Origin: Candidatus Latescibacterota bacterium
Lineage (GTDB): Bacteria; Latescibacterota; UBA2968
Assembly (NCBI GenBank): GCA_965222605.1
Contig: OZ244960.1
Span: forward strand, 320,001-384,000
Length of the DNA: 64,000 bases
Reading direction: 5' to 3'
Positions 46,011 to 56,240 of this stretch are shown one piece after another. Positions within the stretch are counted from its first letter, which is position 1; each line of letters begins with the position of its first letter. The notes beneath the pieces were generated by a model. It saw only the letters and a list, made by a program, of their open reading frames with translations, had not been told where the DNA came from and did not search any database. Position numbers and translations under genes: made by a program.

Positions 46011-47801
46011 TCAGACAACCTTGTTTTTTTTAATTTCCATATTCCGAAATTGCAAATCGCACAACTCGCGATAAAGTCCACCCCTGGCAAACAACGCCTC
46101 ATGCGTTCCGCGCTGCGCGATCTCGCCGCGATCCAGCACCAGAATGCAATCCGCATGTTGTACTGTTGACAACCGATGCGCAATAATAAACGTCGTGCGT
46201 CCCGCCATCAACCGTTCCAATGCCTGTTGCACCTGCGCTTCTGAAGCCGAATCCAGCGATGAAGTGGCCTCATCCAGCAACAAAATGCGCGCATCTCTCA
46301 GCAAAGCCCGCGCAATCGCAACCCTCTGCCGCTGTCCCCCACTCAATTTCACGCCCTTTTCCCCAACCAACGCATCGTATCCATCAGGTAATTCCACAAT
46401 AAAATCGTGGGCATTCGCATCTCGCGCTGCCTGCTCGACCTCTTCATCCGTCGCGTCCAACCGCCCGTATCGGATATTTTCACCAACGGAAGTACCGAAC
46501 AAATCCACATCCTGTGACACCAGCGCAATCTGTTCGCGCAGCGATACAATCTGCACATCGCGCACATCCACGCCATCCACGCGCACAACCCCAGAGGTCG
46601 CATCGTAAAACCTCGGAATCAGATTCATCAGCGTCGTCTTGCCTGCGCCACTCGCTCCCACAAGTGCTATGGTTTGCCCGGGCAGGGTTTCAAAAGAAAT
46701 TCCTTTGAGCACCGGACGGTCGGGCTGGTATCCAAACCACACATCATCAAACACCACGGCACCGCGAACATCTGCAAGCGGAAACGCACCATCGCCATCG
46801 GCAATCTCCGGTCGCGTATCGAGCAACTCAAAAATGTGTTCTGACGCGCCCACAGCAGAATTTAAGGACGCATAAAGACGCGAAATCCCCATCACAGATC
46901 GGGCAATATTCATCGCGTAAAAAATAAACGCCACCAGATCGCCCGCCGACAAGCGCTCGGCCAGCACCTCCGTGCCCCCGTACCAGAAAATCACCACCAG
47001 TGCCAGCATAAAAAGAAATGCGATACAAGCCGAAAAAACCGCTTCCATAATCACGCGATAGCGCGACGTGCGAAACAAATCTTCGTTTGCCTCGCCATAT
47101 CGATTCACCTCAAAAACTTCGCGTGCAAACGCCTTGACAACCCGCACAGCCGACAGTGCTTCTTCGGCAATCGCAGTCGTATCGCCCAACCGATCCTGCA
47201 CCGTGCGAGATAACTCGCGGATGCGCTGTCCAAAATAGCGCGCCCCCACAGCGGCAACCGGCGCGGCAGCAAACACCACCAGACTCAATCGCCAATTGAG
47301 AACAACCATAGCCCCCACAGAACCAACAGTCATAATCCCCGTCATCAAAACCTGCGAAATAGCCCCCGTCGCGGCATTTCTGATGGCCCCCACATCATTG
47401 GTCAAACGCGACATGAGTTCGCCCAACCTGTGATCGGCATAAAAGCGAAGCCCCAAAACGTGCAAATGCGCGTAAACCTTCTTTCGCAGATCCGTCACCA
47501 CGCGCTCACCCACCCAGGAAATCCAGTAATGACTGCCCACGTGCAAAAGCGACTGAAGCACAAACAGCACCAGCATGCCAAGTGCCAGCAAATCCAACTG
47601 GTGTCGATCGCCCTGCTCAAACACAGAATCCAATAGCGACCGCAAGCCCAGTGGAATCAGCAGCCACACACCTGTGGAAAACGCGGTAAATACCAGCCCC
47701 AGGACGAGCCGCAACAAGTATGGCCGGGCAAAAGCAAAAATTCGCTTCCACGCCAGCCACAATGCCACAGGAGAATATGTTTGGCTCTTTTTATTAGTCA
47801 T
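46011..47801 (-). CDS. ABC exporter, fused TM and ATPase domains (MsbA-like)
   Basis: GASGAGKTT, LSGGQRQR, LLLDEATS; six-TM N-terminal half. Confidence 0.93.
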   Translation of the reverse strand: MTNKKSQTYSPVALWLAWKRIFAFARPYLLRLVLGLVFTAFSTGVWLLIPLGLRSLLDSVFEQGDRHQLDLLALGMLVLFVLQSLLHVGSHYWISWVGERVVTDLRKKVYAHLHVLGLRFYADHRLGELMSRLTNDVGAIRNAATGAISQVLMTGIMTVGSVGAMVVLNWRLSLVVFAAAPVAAVGARYFGQRIRELSRTVQDRLGDTTAIAEEALSAVRVVKAFAREVFEVNRYGEANEDLFRTSRYRVIMEAVFSACIAFLFMLALVVIFWYGGTEVLAERLSAGDLVAFIFYAMNIARSVMGISRLYASLNSAVGASEHIFELLDTRPEIADGDGAFPLADVRGAVVFDDVWFGYQPDRPVLKGISFETLPGQTIALVGASGAGKTTLMNLIPRFYDATSGVVRVDGVDVRDVQIVSLREQIALVSQDVDLFGTSVGENIRYGRLDATDEEVEQAARDANAHDFIVELPDGYDALVGEKGVKLSGGQRQRVAIARALLRDARILLLDEATSSLDSASEAQVQQALERLMAGRTTFIIAHRLSTVQHADCILVLDRGEIAQRGTHEALFARGGLYRELCDLQFRNMEIKKNKVV

Positions 47802-49496
47802 TCATTTTCCCCTCAAAACGGACGTTTTCTCAACATCCACTTCGAGATCAGCCGTGATCGCCACGCCGTAACAATCTCGCGCAGCTTCAAGCGATAGCCG
47901 CTCCTGTTTGACATCCTCCAGCACCCTTTTGGGATCGCGTTCAAAAGGCGACCCATAGCCTCCACCACCCGGAATACGCAACGTCACCGACTGCCCGGGT
48001 TGGAGATCATAGCGACCCTTTGGCGGCAGAACAGTGCCATTCGACAAAAAAAGTTCGCCACACCTGCCATCGCGCCCCCCCAAAAAACCGCGCGGTGCAT
48101 AGCGCGTGCGATCGTACATACAAGAATGCAGCGTGGGATGATCGGAGTCAACAGACAAAACCATCTCCTGCCCCAGGCCACCTCGAAAAGTACCCGCACC
48201 ACCAGAATCGGGAATCAACGCGCGCCTGTGCATAATCACGGGCGACACGGACTCAATCGCTTCGGCAGGCACGCCCTTAATCCCACTGGGGAATGCCGTC
48301 GCCGAAATCCCATCATCGCCAGGACGCGCACCCATACCACCCGCGGAAAAAAAGATATACGAAAAGCGTTCACCCGTGCGCCCTACCCCCTCCAACTGCG
48401 TATTCCAAAGCCCAGCTGAACCATCGGCAATCACGCGATCGGGAATCGCCTGAGACAGCGCACCGAACAGCGGTTGCGAAAGAAAATGTCCAACCAGATG
48501 CCGCGCGCCCACAGCACATGGAAATTGCGCGTTTAAGATACATCCCTCGGGTGCCGTAACTGTTATGGGCCGAAAACTACCTTCATTATTGGGAATATGC
48601 GGACTAATGGCGCATTTCAAGGGATAAGTCGTATAAGCATGCGTATAATTGTACACCACATTGATCCCGCGATCTACCTGTGGCGACGTGCCCGTATAGT
48701 CAACGATCAAACGGCGATCTTTGACAATAACTTTTGCGCGAATAACCAGCGGCCTATCATACCCATCGAGTTCCACCTCATCCTCATAAACGCCATTTGC
48801 AATCTCCAAAATCGCCTCTCGGGTTGCCGCTTCTGACCGGTCCAAAATCAGCCCCGACAATCCCTCCAGATCCGCGAGATCGTAATTTTCCAGTGCCTGA
48901 AGCAGCTTGACAGCCCCCACATCATTCCCTGCCTGTTGCGCGTACAAATCGCCGACGACCTGATCTGGCTCGCGCACATTTGCCCGCACAATTGCGATCA
49001 AATCGCGATTGATCTCCCCTTCACCAAACAATTTCATAATTGGGATATTCAGGCCCTCTTCATACACCTGACGCGCACCGGCCCCCAGCGTGCGACCGCC
49101 AATATCCATTGCATGGCAGGTATTGGCAAACCACCCCACGCCCCTTCCCCGATAAAAAACGGGCGTGACAACCGTAATATCGTGCAAATGCCCCGACCCC
49201 AGCCACGGATCATTGGTGAGCAAACTATCGCCGGGTTTCAACGTATCAATCGGATACGCTTTCACAAAATGCCGCACGCAATTCGCCATCGTATTGATAT
49301 GCCCCGGCGTCCCCGTCACCGCTTGTGCCAGCATATTGCCCGCGCGATCAAACACCCCCGCAGACAGGTCGCCGGCCTCTCGCACCACAGTTGTAAAAGA
49401 AGCGTGCATCAATACTGCTGCCTGTTCATTCACAATTGAAATGAGGCGATTCCACAGTACTTCCAACTCAACCGCGTCGATCTCGCGTCCCGTCAT
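47802..49496 (-). CDS. Hydantoinase B/oxoprolinase subunit
   Basis: NDPWLGSGHLHD, HAMDIGG, EEGL, SGGAGTFRGG, PGGGGYG. Confidence 0.92.
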   Translation of the reverse strand: MTGREIDAVELEVLWNRLISIVNEQAAVLMHASFTTVVREAGDLSAGVFDRAGNMLAQAVTGTPGHINTMANCVRHFVKAYPIDTLKPGDSLLTNDPWLGSGHLHDITVVTPVFYRGRGVGWFANTCHAMDIGGRTLGAGARQVYEEGLNIPIMKLFGEGEINRDLIAIVRANVREPDQVVGDLYAQQAGNDVGAVKLLQALENYDLADLEGLSGLILDRSEAATREAILEIANGVYEDEVELDGYDRPLVIRAKVIVKDRRLIVDYTGTSPQVDRGINVVYNYTHAYTTYPLKCAISPHIPNNEGSFRPITVTAPEGCILNAQFPCAVGARHLVGHFLSQPLFGALSQAIPDRVIADGSAGLWNTQLEGVGRTGERFSYIFFSAGGMGARPGDDGISATAFPSGIKGVPAEAIESVSPVIMHRRALIPDSGGAGTFRGGLGQEMVLSVDSDHPTLHSCMYDRTRYAPRGFLGGRDGRCGELFLSNGTVLPPKGRYDLQPGQSVTLRIPGGGGYGSPFERDPKRVLEDVKQERLSLEAARDCYGVAITADLEVDVEKTSVLRGK

Positions 49497-51580
49497 GCAT
49501 CCTCCCTGATGAGAATCAGATTACCTGTATCATCGGCATGCAACACCCATCCCGGTGGCAATACCGTAGTGGATTCGACTTCCTCGACAATAGCGGGACC
49601 TTTCAAAACAACTCCTCTTCCGAGTTTGTGTCGCTTGTAAACCTCAGTCCTGCATTTCCCTTCTGCAAAAAGAACATCGCGCTGTCCCTCGGCCCCTCGA
49701 TCACCAGCGACTTCTTCAATGGACCCAGAGCCGCAAATTTCAGGCTCTGGCCCCGAAATCGTCACGCGCCAGTGGATGGCCTCAACGGGAACCCCTTCAC
49801 ATAGACGTCCGTATAATTTTTTGTAGGACGCATCAAAAGCTGCTTGAAGCTCGCCCTCGGAACCTTCCGTCAGCTCTCCCAAAGGCACGGGAACGCTTAT
49901 CTCGTGCCCCTGCCCCACATATCGCATATCAGCTGTGCGTACCACGCGAATCTCAGAATCATCGATCCCCGCCTCTCGCACAAGCGCGCGGCCTTCGTCT
50001 TCCATCTCCCCATAGAGCTTATTGACAACCTCGCGCTCCAATGCGGCGATCCGCGACACAAAACTCCGCACATAATCAAAAGCAATGGGCGCGAGCATCA
50101 AACCAAAAGCCGACCCAACACCCGCAGCCGGCGGCACAATCACCCGATCAATCCCCAACCGCATCGCAACGCCGCATGCGTGTACAGGACCAGCCCCACC
50201 CGTCGCAACCAGCGAGTATCCATTCAAATCGATCCCGCGCTCGGCAGCGTGAACCCGCGCAGCATTGGCCATATTTTCATTCACCAAATCGTGAATCCCC
50301 TGTGCGGCGCGCATGCGATCCAGCCTGGTAAATCGCGCAAATTCATCAACCGCATCCGCAGCGCGATCCACATCCAGATCCATTTGCCCGCCCAAAAAAT
50401 ACTCGGCATTCAAATAGCCCAGCAAGAGATCGGCATCCGTCACTGTGGGCAACTGCCCCCCGCGCGCATAACAGGCAGGACCGGGATCTGCCCCCGCACT
50501 TTGCGGCCCAACCGTGGGCAAACCCAATTCACTCGCATGCGCGATACTGCCCCCACCTGCTCCAATCTCGATCATATCGAGCACGGGCACGAGCAAGGGC
50601 AACCCGCTGCCGCGCTTGAAGCGATAAACCCGCGCGACCTCTGATTCAGTCGTAACTGGAAATGCCCCATTTTCGCTCAAAATGGCCTTTGCCGTCGTAC
50701 CCCCCATATCAAAAGCGAGAATCCGCCGATATCCCGACCGACTTCCATAATGCGCCGCGGCAAGCGCGCCGCCGCAAGGACCGGATTCTACGAGGCGCAC
50801 GGGAAAACGCACTGCGGTCTGCACAGAACACGACCCGCCGTTTGAAAGCATAATATGCAGCGGTGCCAAAATCCCCAGCACCTTCAACCCATCTTCCAAA
50901 CGCGCGAGATATTTTTCGACCATGGGCTGCACATAAGCATTTGCCACAGTCGTGGAAGTGCGCTCAAATTCTCGAAGTTCGGCGGCAACCCTGTGCGAAA
51001 CCGAAATGCCTACATCGGGCATAAGAGAACGCACAATTTCCTCTGCACGACGCTCGTGATCGGGATTGACATAAGCGTGCAAAAATGCAATGGCGACCGC
51101 ATCCACACCGGCTTCGCGCAACATCTCGCAGGCTTTGAACACATCATCTTCGTTTAATGGCGTCATCACCTCGCCACGCGCGTATAGCCGCTCCCGCACC
51201 TCAACGCGCAACCGCCTCTCAACGAGGGGTTCGGGCAATTTCAAAAACAAATCGTAGATATCGTAACGCCCCTCTCTCCCAATTTCCAGTGCATCTCGAA
51301 AACCCGCTGTCGCAATCAGCCCGGTCCTGGCCCCCCTGCGCTCAATCAGGGCATTCGTCACCAGTGTCGTGCCGTGAACCGCCCGGGAAATCGCGCCGGG
51401 CGATACCCCCCCGTCGAGCATCTCTTTCACGCCTTCCAGCACACTGATTGAAGGGTCTGGAGACTGCGTCAACACCTTCGCTACAGATAAAACACCCGAA
51501 GCGTGTTCTCTCAACACAACATCTGTAAACGTGCCGCCAATATCTATTGCAAGCGTGTATGCCTCCTCACTCACCCTCAT
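49493..51580 (-). CDS. Hydantoinase A/oxoprolinase subunit
   Basis: IDIGGTFTD, HGTT, DMGGTT, IGAGGGSIA, SAGADPGPACY, RYVGQ. Confidence 0.92.
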   Translation of the reverse strand: MRVSEEAYTLAIDIGGTFTDVVLREHASGVLSVAKVLTQSPDPSISVLEGVKEMLDGGVSPGAISRAVHGTTLVTNALIERRGARTGLIATAGFRDALEIGREGRYDIYDLFLKLPEPLVERRLRVEVRERLYARGEVMTPLNEDDVFKACEMLREAGVDAVAIAFLHAYVNPDHERRAEEIVRSLMPDVGISVSHRVAAELREFERTSTTVANAYVQPMVEKYLARLEDGLKVLGILAPLHIMLSNGGSCSVQTAVRFPVRLVESGPCGGALAAAHYGSRSGYRRILAFDMGGTTAKAILSENGAFPVTTESEVARVYRFKRGSGLPLLVPVLDMIEIGAGGGSIAHASELGLPTVGPQSAGADPGPACYARGGQLPTVTDADLLLGYLNAEYFLGGQMDLDVDRAADAVDEFARFTRLDRMRAAQGIHDLVNENMANAARVHAAERGIDLNGYSLVATGGAGPVHACGVAMRLGIDRVIVPPAAGVGSAFGLMLAPIAFDYVRSFVSRIAALEREVVNKLYGEMEDEGRALVREAGIDDSEIRVVRTADMRYVGQGHEISVPVPLGELTEGSEGELQAAFDASYKKLYGRLCEGVPVEAIHWRVTISGPEPEICGSGSIEEVAGDRGAEGQRDVLFAEGKCRTEVYKRHKLGRGVVLKGPAIVEEVESTTVLPPGWVLHADDTGNLILIREDA

Positions 51581-51655
51581 CTCCTTTGCATTTATTTTTA
51601 TTCTACATTTAAAAAATAAAGAACAGTTCCTTTACCAACAAAGGCAAAATTGACC

Positions 51656-51684
51656 TTGACAAGCCATGGTCCTTTTTGTAATTT
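51656..51684 (+). promoter_or_regulatory. sigma70 promoter of tRNA-Gly
   Basis: TTGACA-17 nt-TAATTT. Confidence 0.6.
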
Positions 51685-51701
51685 TTGATCCCTCATAATG
51701 A

Positions 51702-51778
51702 GCGGGAATAGCTCAGCTGGCTAGAGCATCTGCTTGCCATGCAGAAGGTCGCGGGTTCGAATCCCGTTTCCCGCTCCA
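51702..51778 (+). tRNA. tRNA-Gly (GCC)
   Basis: GCGGGAA/TTCCCGC acceptor stem, TCTGC-TTGCCAT-GCAGA anticodon arm, GGTTCGAATCCC T arm, encoded CCA. Confidence 0.97.
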
Positions 51779-51785
51779 TTAACCC

Positions 51786-51812
51786 AACCCGTTAAATTAA
51801 CGGGTTTTTTTT
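51786..51812 (+). terminator. Rho-independent terminator after the tRNA
   Basis: AACCCGTTAA/TTAACGGGTT stem plus a T-tract. Confidence 0.75.
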
Positions 51813-51826
51813 GTGGAGCAAACCGC

Positions 51827-52966
51827 TTGTCATCAACGCTTGCCCGAGAAATAGCCAACCTGCGCCTGCCCGCGCTTGCCCTTTGGGCACCTGGCCCGCA
51901 CATGCTCACCCCCGCGGTTCGCCGGGTTCTGAAAACATATCAAGCGACCTATTCCCACCGATCCGCTGCATTTCAAGCCTGCTATCAAAAAACCGTGGAT
52001 TTGTTGCGCGAGGTCTTTCAAATTCCACGCGGATTTACGCCGCTCATCTTCGGTCACACCGGCAGCTATAACTGGGAAATGGTCGTCACCAATACGCCTT
52101 GCAATAGTGCGACATTGGGCATGGACATCGGCACTTTTTCCAAAAAATGGGCACAGGTTTTCACAAGTCACGGGCGCAACATCGACATCTTAAAAGCCGA
52201 CTGGGGCGACGGCATCTGCGCTCGGACCTGGTCCAACGCCATTGCCAAAAACTACGACCTTGCCCTTTTGACCCACAACGAAACATCTACCGGTGTTATG
52301 CTGCCCGTACAGGAAATGTGTGACACGGTCCGCAACACATCTCCCAAAACCCTGATTGCCATCGATGCAGTCAGCATTGCAGGGGCATCAGATAAGCCGA
52401 TTGAGACCCTGCGCCCCGATTACTATCTCTGGAGCCTGCAAAAAGACTTCGCCTGCCCCACCATCGGCTCTGTCATGATTGTATCAGACCGCGCATTTGA
52501 CGTTGCCGCAACCGTGCCAGACCGCGGTTATGTCCTCGACTTGATCGAATGGCGAACGCGCGCAAAAACAGCCCAAACCCCCATGACCGTAGCCGACCTG
52601 ACCTTACAATGCCTGAATGCGCGTCTCGAAGAAATGAAACGAGAAGGCGATCAGCACTTCAAACGCCACCAGAGCCTCGCCCTCATGCAACGCGATTGGG
52701 CAAGAAAACACAACCTGAGCCTCATTGCCAAACCGGGATACGAGAGCCTGACCGTAAATGCCATCCTCTTGCCAGACCATATTTCGGGTTCCGATTTTGT
52801 CGATAAAGCAAAAAAATTGCTCAATGTTCAACTCGCCCCGGGCTATGGCGATACCAAAGACAAAGCCTTTCGCATTGCAGCTATGGGCCACACGTCAGAA
52901 CGCGATATGCGACGCGTACTCAAGGGCCTCTCGCTCATCCTCAACAACTGGTCAAAACTCGAGTAA
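51827..52966 (+). CDS. Class V PLP aminotransferase (alanine-glyoxylate/serine-pyruvate type)
   Basis: APGP, HNETSTGV, IDAVS, SLQK, FRIAAMG; TTG start after GGAG. Confidence 0.85.
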   Translation: MSSTLAREIANLRLPALALWAPGPHMLTPAVRRVLKTYQATYSHRSAAFQACYQKTVDLLREVFQIPRGFTPLIFGHTGSYNWEMVVTNTPCNSATLGMDIGTFSKKWAQVFTSHGRNIDILKADWGDGICARTWSNAIAKNYDLALLTHNETSTGVMLPVQEMCDTVRNTSPKTLIAIDAVSIAGASDKPIETLRPDYYLWSLQKDFACPTIGSVMIVSDRAFDVAATVPDRGYVLDLIEWRTRAKTAQTPMTVADLTLQCLNARLEEMKREGDQHFKRHQSLALMQRDWARKHNLSLIAKPGYESLTVNAILLPDHISGSDFVDKAKKLLNVQLAPGYGDTKDKAFRIAAMGHTSERDMRRVLKGLSLILNNWSKLE

Positions 52967-52970
52967 CCCC

Positions 52971-53795
52971 ATGTCAAACCCCACCTCCATGATCTGCCCA
53001 GGCTGTGGCACCCTCATCAATACCGACGAGAAACGCTGTCCCCATTGCGGCGCTTATAATCCCAACCTCTGGGGCCTCGGTCCCGCGCTGAACCGGCTCT
53101 TTGGCGGTCGCATCGATGTCCTCACCCTGATACCCACCGCGTGTATTGCCCTTTACGCAATCAGTCTATTGCTCGACCTCAGTGCCGCGCTGTCGATGGG
53201 CGGCGGGCTTTTTGGCATGCTAAGCCCCGGCAATATCCCACTGCTCGTTCTCGGCATGACCTACGGCGAGGCACCCTGGTGGACCGTGCTCACCGCGACA
53301 TATCTTCACGGCAGCCTCCTCCACATCCTGTTCAACGTCCTTTGGATTCGGCAACTCGGTCCCGATGTCGGGCATTTCTTTGGACCCGCGCGTTATTTTA
53401 TCATCTACACTGTCGCAGGAGCTATCGGTTTTATCCTCTCCAATCTAATCTCTGGCTATCCCACCGTAGGCGCGTCGGGGGCGATCTTTGGACTTTTTGC
53501 CGCCATCATTGTGTACGGCCGCAACCAGAAAACGCAGATGATGTCACTCATGACACGGCAGATGTGGCAATGGGCCATCCTGCTATTTGTCATGGGCTTT
53601 CTCATGAGTGGCGTAAACAACTGGGCGCATCTGGGCGGTTTTATCGGTGGCTGGATCGCAGCACAAATTCTCGTTTCAAATGCAGAATACCGCGAAGGAC
53701 GCATCACCATTCTCATAGCCCTGCTCTGTCTTTTGCTCACCGTCCTCGGCTTTGTCCTCTCCATCTTAGAATACTTCCCACTCCTCCTGTCCTGA
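52971..53795 (+). CDS. Rhomboid intramembrane serine protease with an N-terminal zinc ribbon
   Basis: CPGC..CPHC; HGSLLHILFN, VGASGAIFG, NWAHLGG. Confidence 0.9.
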   Translation: MSNPTSMICPGCGTLINTDEKRCPHCGAYNPNLWGLGPALNRLFGGRIDVLTLIPTACIALYAISLLLDLSAALSMGGGLFGMLSPGNIPLLVLGMTYGEAPWWTVLTATYLHGSLLHILFNVLWIRQLGPDVGHFFGPARYFIIYTVAGAIGFILSNLISGYPTVGASGAIFGLFAAIIVYGRNQKTQMMSLMTRQMWQWAILLFVMGFLMSGVNNWAHLGGFIGGWIAAQILVSNAEYREGRITILIALLCLLLTVLGFVLSILEYFPLLLS

Positions 53796-53798
53796 CGC

Positions 53799-55406
53799 CT
53801 ATCCCCCCAGTCTCACATCCACAGGCTCAGGTATCCATGACGCAGTAATACCCAGATCGCTGTGGATGACCTGTGCCGCATTATAACCCGGCAAACCGGT
53901 CACATTGCCGCCGGGATGGCAGCACGACCCACAAAGATACAACCCCTCAAAATACCCGCGATAATGCCCTGCACCGGGAAAGGGCCGGTTATAACCCGTC
54001 TGCCCATTTGTAAATGCACCGACGAGCAAATCGCCATCCCGCATATTGGGCAATGCGCGCTCAACATCCAGTGGACTGCGAACAAAAGAATCGATCACAC
54101 AATCCTTCAAATTGGGCGCATATTCAGACCACATATCCAGCATATCGCGACCAACCGCATCCCGCTGGCGATCCCAGTTTGCAGAATCGCCATACAGGTG
54201 AAACGGCAACTTCTGCCACATAAACGCCGTGTGTTTGTCCGAAGGAGCCTGTGTAGCGTCAAAATGCGTCGGACACGCGCCCCACATCACAGTCGGCGGA
54301 ATCGTCCCCTTTTCGTGGTGGGCAACAATATCCACATATTGATCCGCGTGTTCCAGCCCCAAAATAACCATCAGCGCGTCCGCCACTTCCGGATGTTTTT
54401 CCACAGCGCGATAACGCGGCGGTTCACTCAAATTCAAATGGAGTGCGAACAACGGTGCCAACACATTGTACTGAAATTTCTCGACCCGGTTTTGCCACAT
54501 CCTGGGCAATGCCTCGCGGTCAATCAAATCGAGAAATGTCTGATGGGGATTCAGGCTGGACACGACCACAGGCGCTTTGATATACTTCCCATCCGCCGTT
54601 TCAACACCCCTGACGCGATTGTTCTCCACCACAATGCGCCCGGGTTCGGTTTGCAACCAGATCTCGCCGCCCATCTCAGAAATAGCAGCAACCAGCGCGC
54701 GCGCCAGCCCCGCTGACCCGCCCACACACATCTGCGCTTTCCCCTTGCTCGCCAGCAACGCCGGTATATGGTGTCCAAACCCCGCGGCGCGCAAATCCAC
54801 TTCGCGCAGCCCATTGAAAAACAACAACCCGGCTCGAACAACCGGATGTTCAAATTCCCGATTCACAAACGCAAGCGGAGAAAGCGCGCTGACTTCGAGC
54901 AACATCTTCCCCTCTCGGGTCTGCGACAGAATCTTTTGCCTCAACTCCTGCGACAAAGGCGGCGCCTGTGCCTCTACAGACAGAATATTTCTCACAACAG
55001 GGTCAAACGCATCGCGCCATCGCCGAAGAGTCTGTGCATCCCTCTTGCTAAACCGCGCAAAACTATCTTGAGTGCGTTCAAAATCCGTGTACCATTTCAA
55101 CACATCGCCATTTCTCAGCACAAGAGCCACATTCAGTTCGGGTTCAATATAGCGCGCGCCATACCGTTCCAGGTGCAAATCGCCAAACCACGGCATTTGC
55201 GTGATGCCGCGATGAAAAAAAGAATGCGTATTGTGCAAAAAACCCGGATAACGGGGGTCTTCAACAGTCGCCAGCCCGCCTCCGGGTTTATCCGATCTCT
55301 CCAGACAAATCACATTGAGTCCTGCGCGACACAAATACGCCTGCAAAATGAGGCCATTGTGCCCAGCGCCCAGCACAATCACATCAGTAGTTATATCCTC
55401 TCCCAT
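53799..55406 (-). CDS. Phytoene-dehydrogenase-like FAD oxidoreductase
   Basis: LGAGHNGL, ER..PGG, LYLCGSCCHPGGNVTGLPGYNAA. Confidence 0.88.
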   Translation of the reverse strand: MGEDITTDVIVLGAGHNGLILQAYLCRAGLNVICLERSDKPGGGLATVEDPRYPGFLHNTHSFFHRGITQMPWFGDLHLERYGARYIEPELNVALVLRNGDVLKWYTDFERTQDSFARFSKRDAQTLRRWRDAFDPVVRNILSVEAQAPPLSQELRQKILSQTREGKMLLEVSALSPLAFVNREFEHPVVRAGLLFFNGLREVDLRAAGFGHHIPALLASKGKAQMCVGGSAGLARALVAAISEMGGEIWLQTEPGRIVVENNRVRGVETADGKYIKAPVVVSSLNPHQTFLDLIDREALPRMWQNRVEKFQYNVLAPLFALHLNLSEPPRYRAVEKHPEVADALMVILGLEHADQYVDIVAHHEKGTIPPTVMWGACPTHFDATQAPSDKHTAFMWQKLPFHLYGDSANWDRQRDAVGRDMLDMWSEYAPNLKDCVIDSFVRSPLDVERALPNMRDGDLLVGAFTNGQTGYNRPFPGAGHYRGYFEGLYLCGSCCHPGGNVTGLPGYNAAQVIHSDLGITASWIPEPVDVRLGG

Positions 55407-55411
55407 AGCGA

Positions 55412-56230
55412 TTACCAGTAGCGTTCTATATGCACCTGCCCGGGATCTCTCCGCCTGTGCTCCTTAAAACCCTCCGCAACCAGAATTTTTGTCACATCAT
55501 CGCACATATAGGGATTACCACATACAAACACATGCGTATCCTCAGATGCTGGATGCCCCCCCCAGACCTCATCGAGCGGACCATCTGTCCACAAATTCTG
55601 CACATAGCCCGTATGCCCACTCCACGCCACATGCTCATTTGCCGGACGGCTAATCTGGGGGATATAAATAAAATTAGCGCATAAATCTTGCATCATTTCC
55701 AATTCTGACCGATATCCCAAATCCCATGAATGTCGCGCCCCATGCAGCACCACAAAACGCCGCTCTGTGTTTTCCCGCAAATAAGTCCGCAACATACTCA
55801 TATAAGGCGCCAATCCCGTGCCCGTCGCCACCATCACGACATTTTTATTCGGCGGAACATCTTGCAGCGTAAACATGCCCGTAATTTTTGGGCCCAACCA
55901 GAGGCGGTCCCCAATTTCGAGCGCAAATAGCCTGGGCGTCAATGCGCCCGATCTCACCAGAGTGATATAAAACTCGAGGTATTCTGTTGCCACCGAAGAA
56001 GATGCAATAGAATACGCCCGTCGGATCAGGCCCCTCTGCGGCTTCTCGTAATCTTCGACAGGGTCTGAATACTCTGTGCGGGGTGCATCGGGAGGCAATC
56101 CGATCACGCCAAATTGCCCGGCTTCAAAAGTTGGCAATTCCCATCCGTCGGGCACGACGCGAAGAATAACCAAATCTGGAGTCACTTCGAGACGCTGTGT
56201 CACAACGGCATTGAGTTCTTCCTGCGGCAA
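55412..56230 (-). CDS. Ferredoxin-NADP+ reductase
   Basis: RRAYSIAS, GALTPRL, ATGTGLAPY, VCGNP, C-terminal ERYW. Confidence 0.9.
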   Translation of the reverse strand: MPQEELNAVVTQRLEVTPDLVILRVVPDGWELPTFEAGQFGVIGLPPDAPRTEYSDPVEDYEKPQRGLIRRAYSIASSSVATEYLEFYITLVRSGALTPRLFALEIGDRLWLGPKITGMFTLQDVPPNKNVVMVATGTGLAPYMSMLRTYLRENTERRFVVLHGARHSWDLGYRSELEMMQDLCANFIYIPQISRPANEHVAWSGHTGYVQNLWTDGPLDEVWGGHPASEDTHVFVCGNPYMCDDVTKILVAEGFKEHRRRDPGQVHIERYW

Positions 56231-56240
56231 ACCGCCCTCC

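Noticed and set aside
51702-51778. tRNA-Gly as an island integration site
   Set aside because: No integrase or duplicated tRNA 3' end seen; flanks look like core genes
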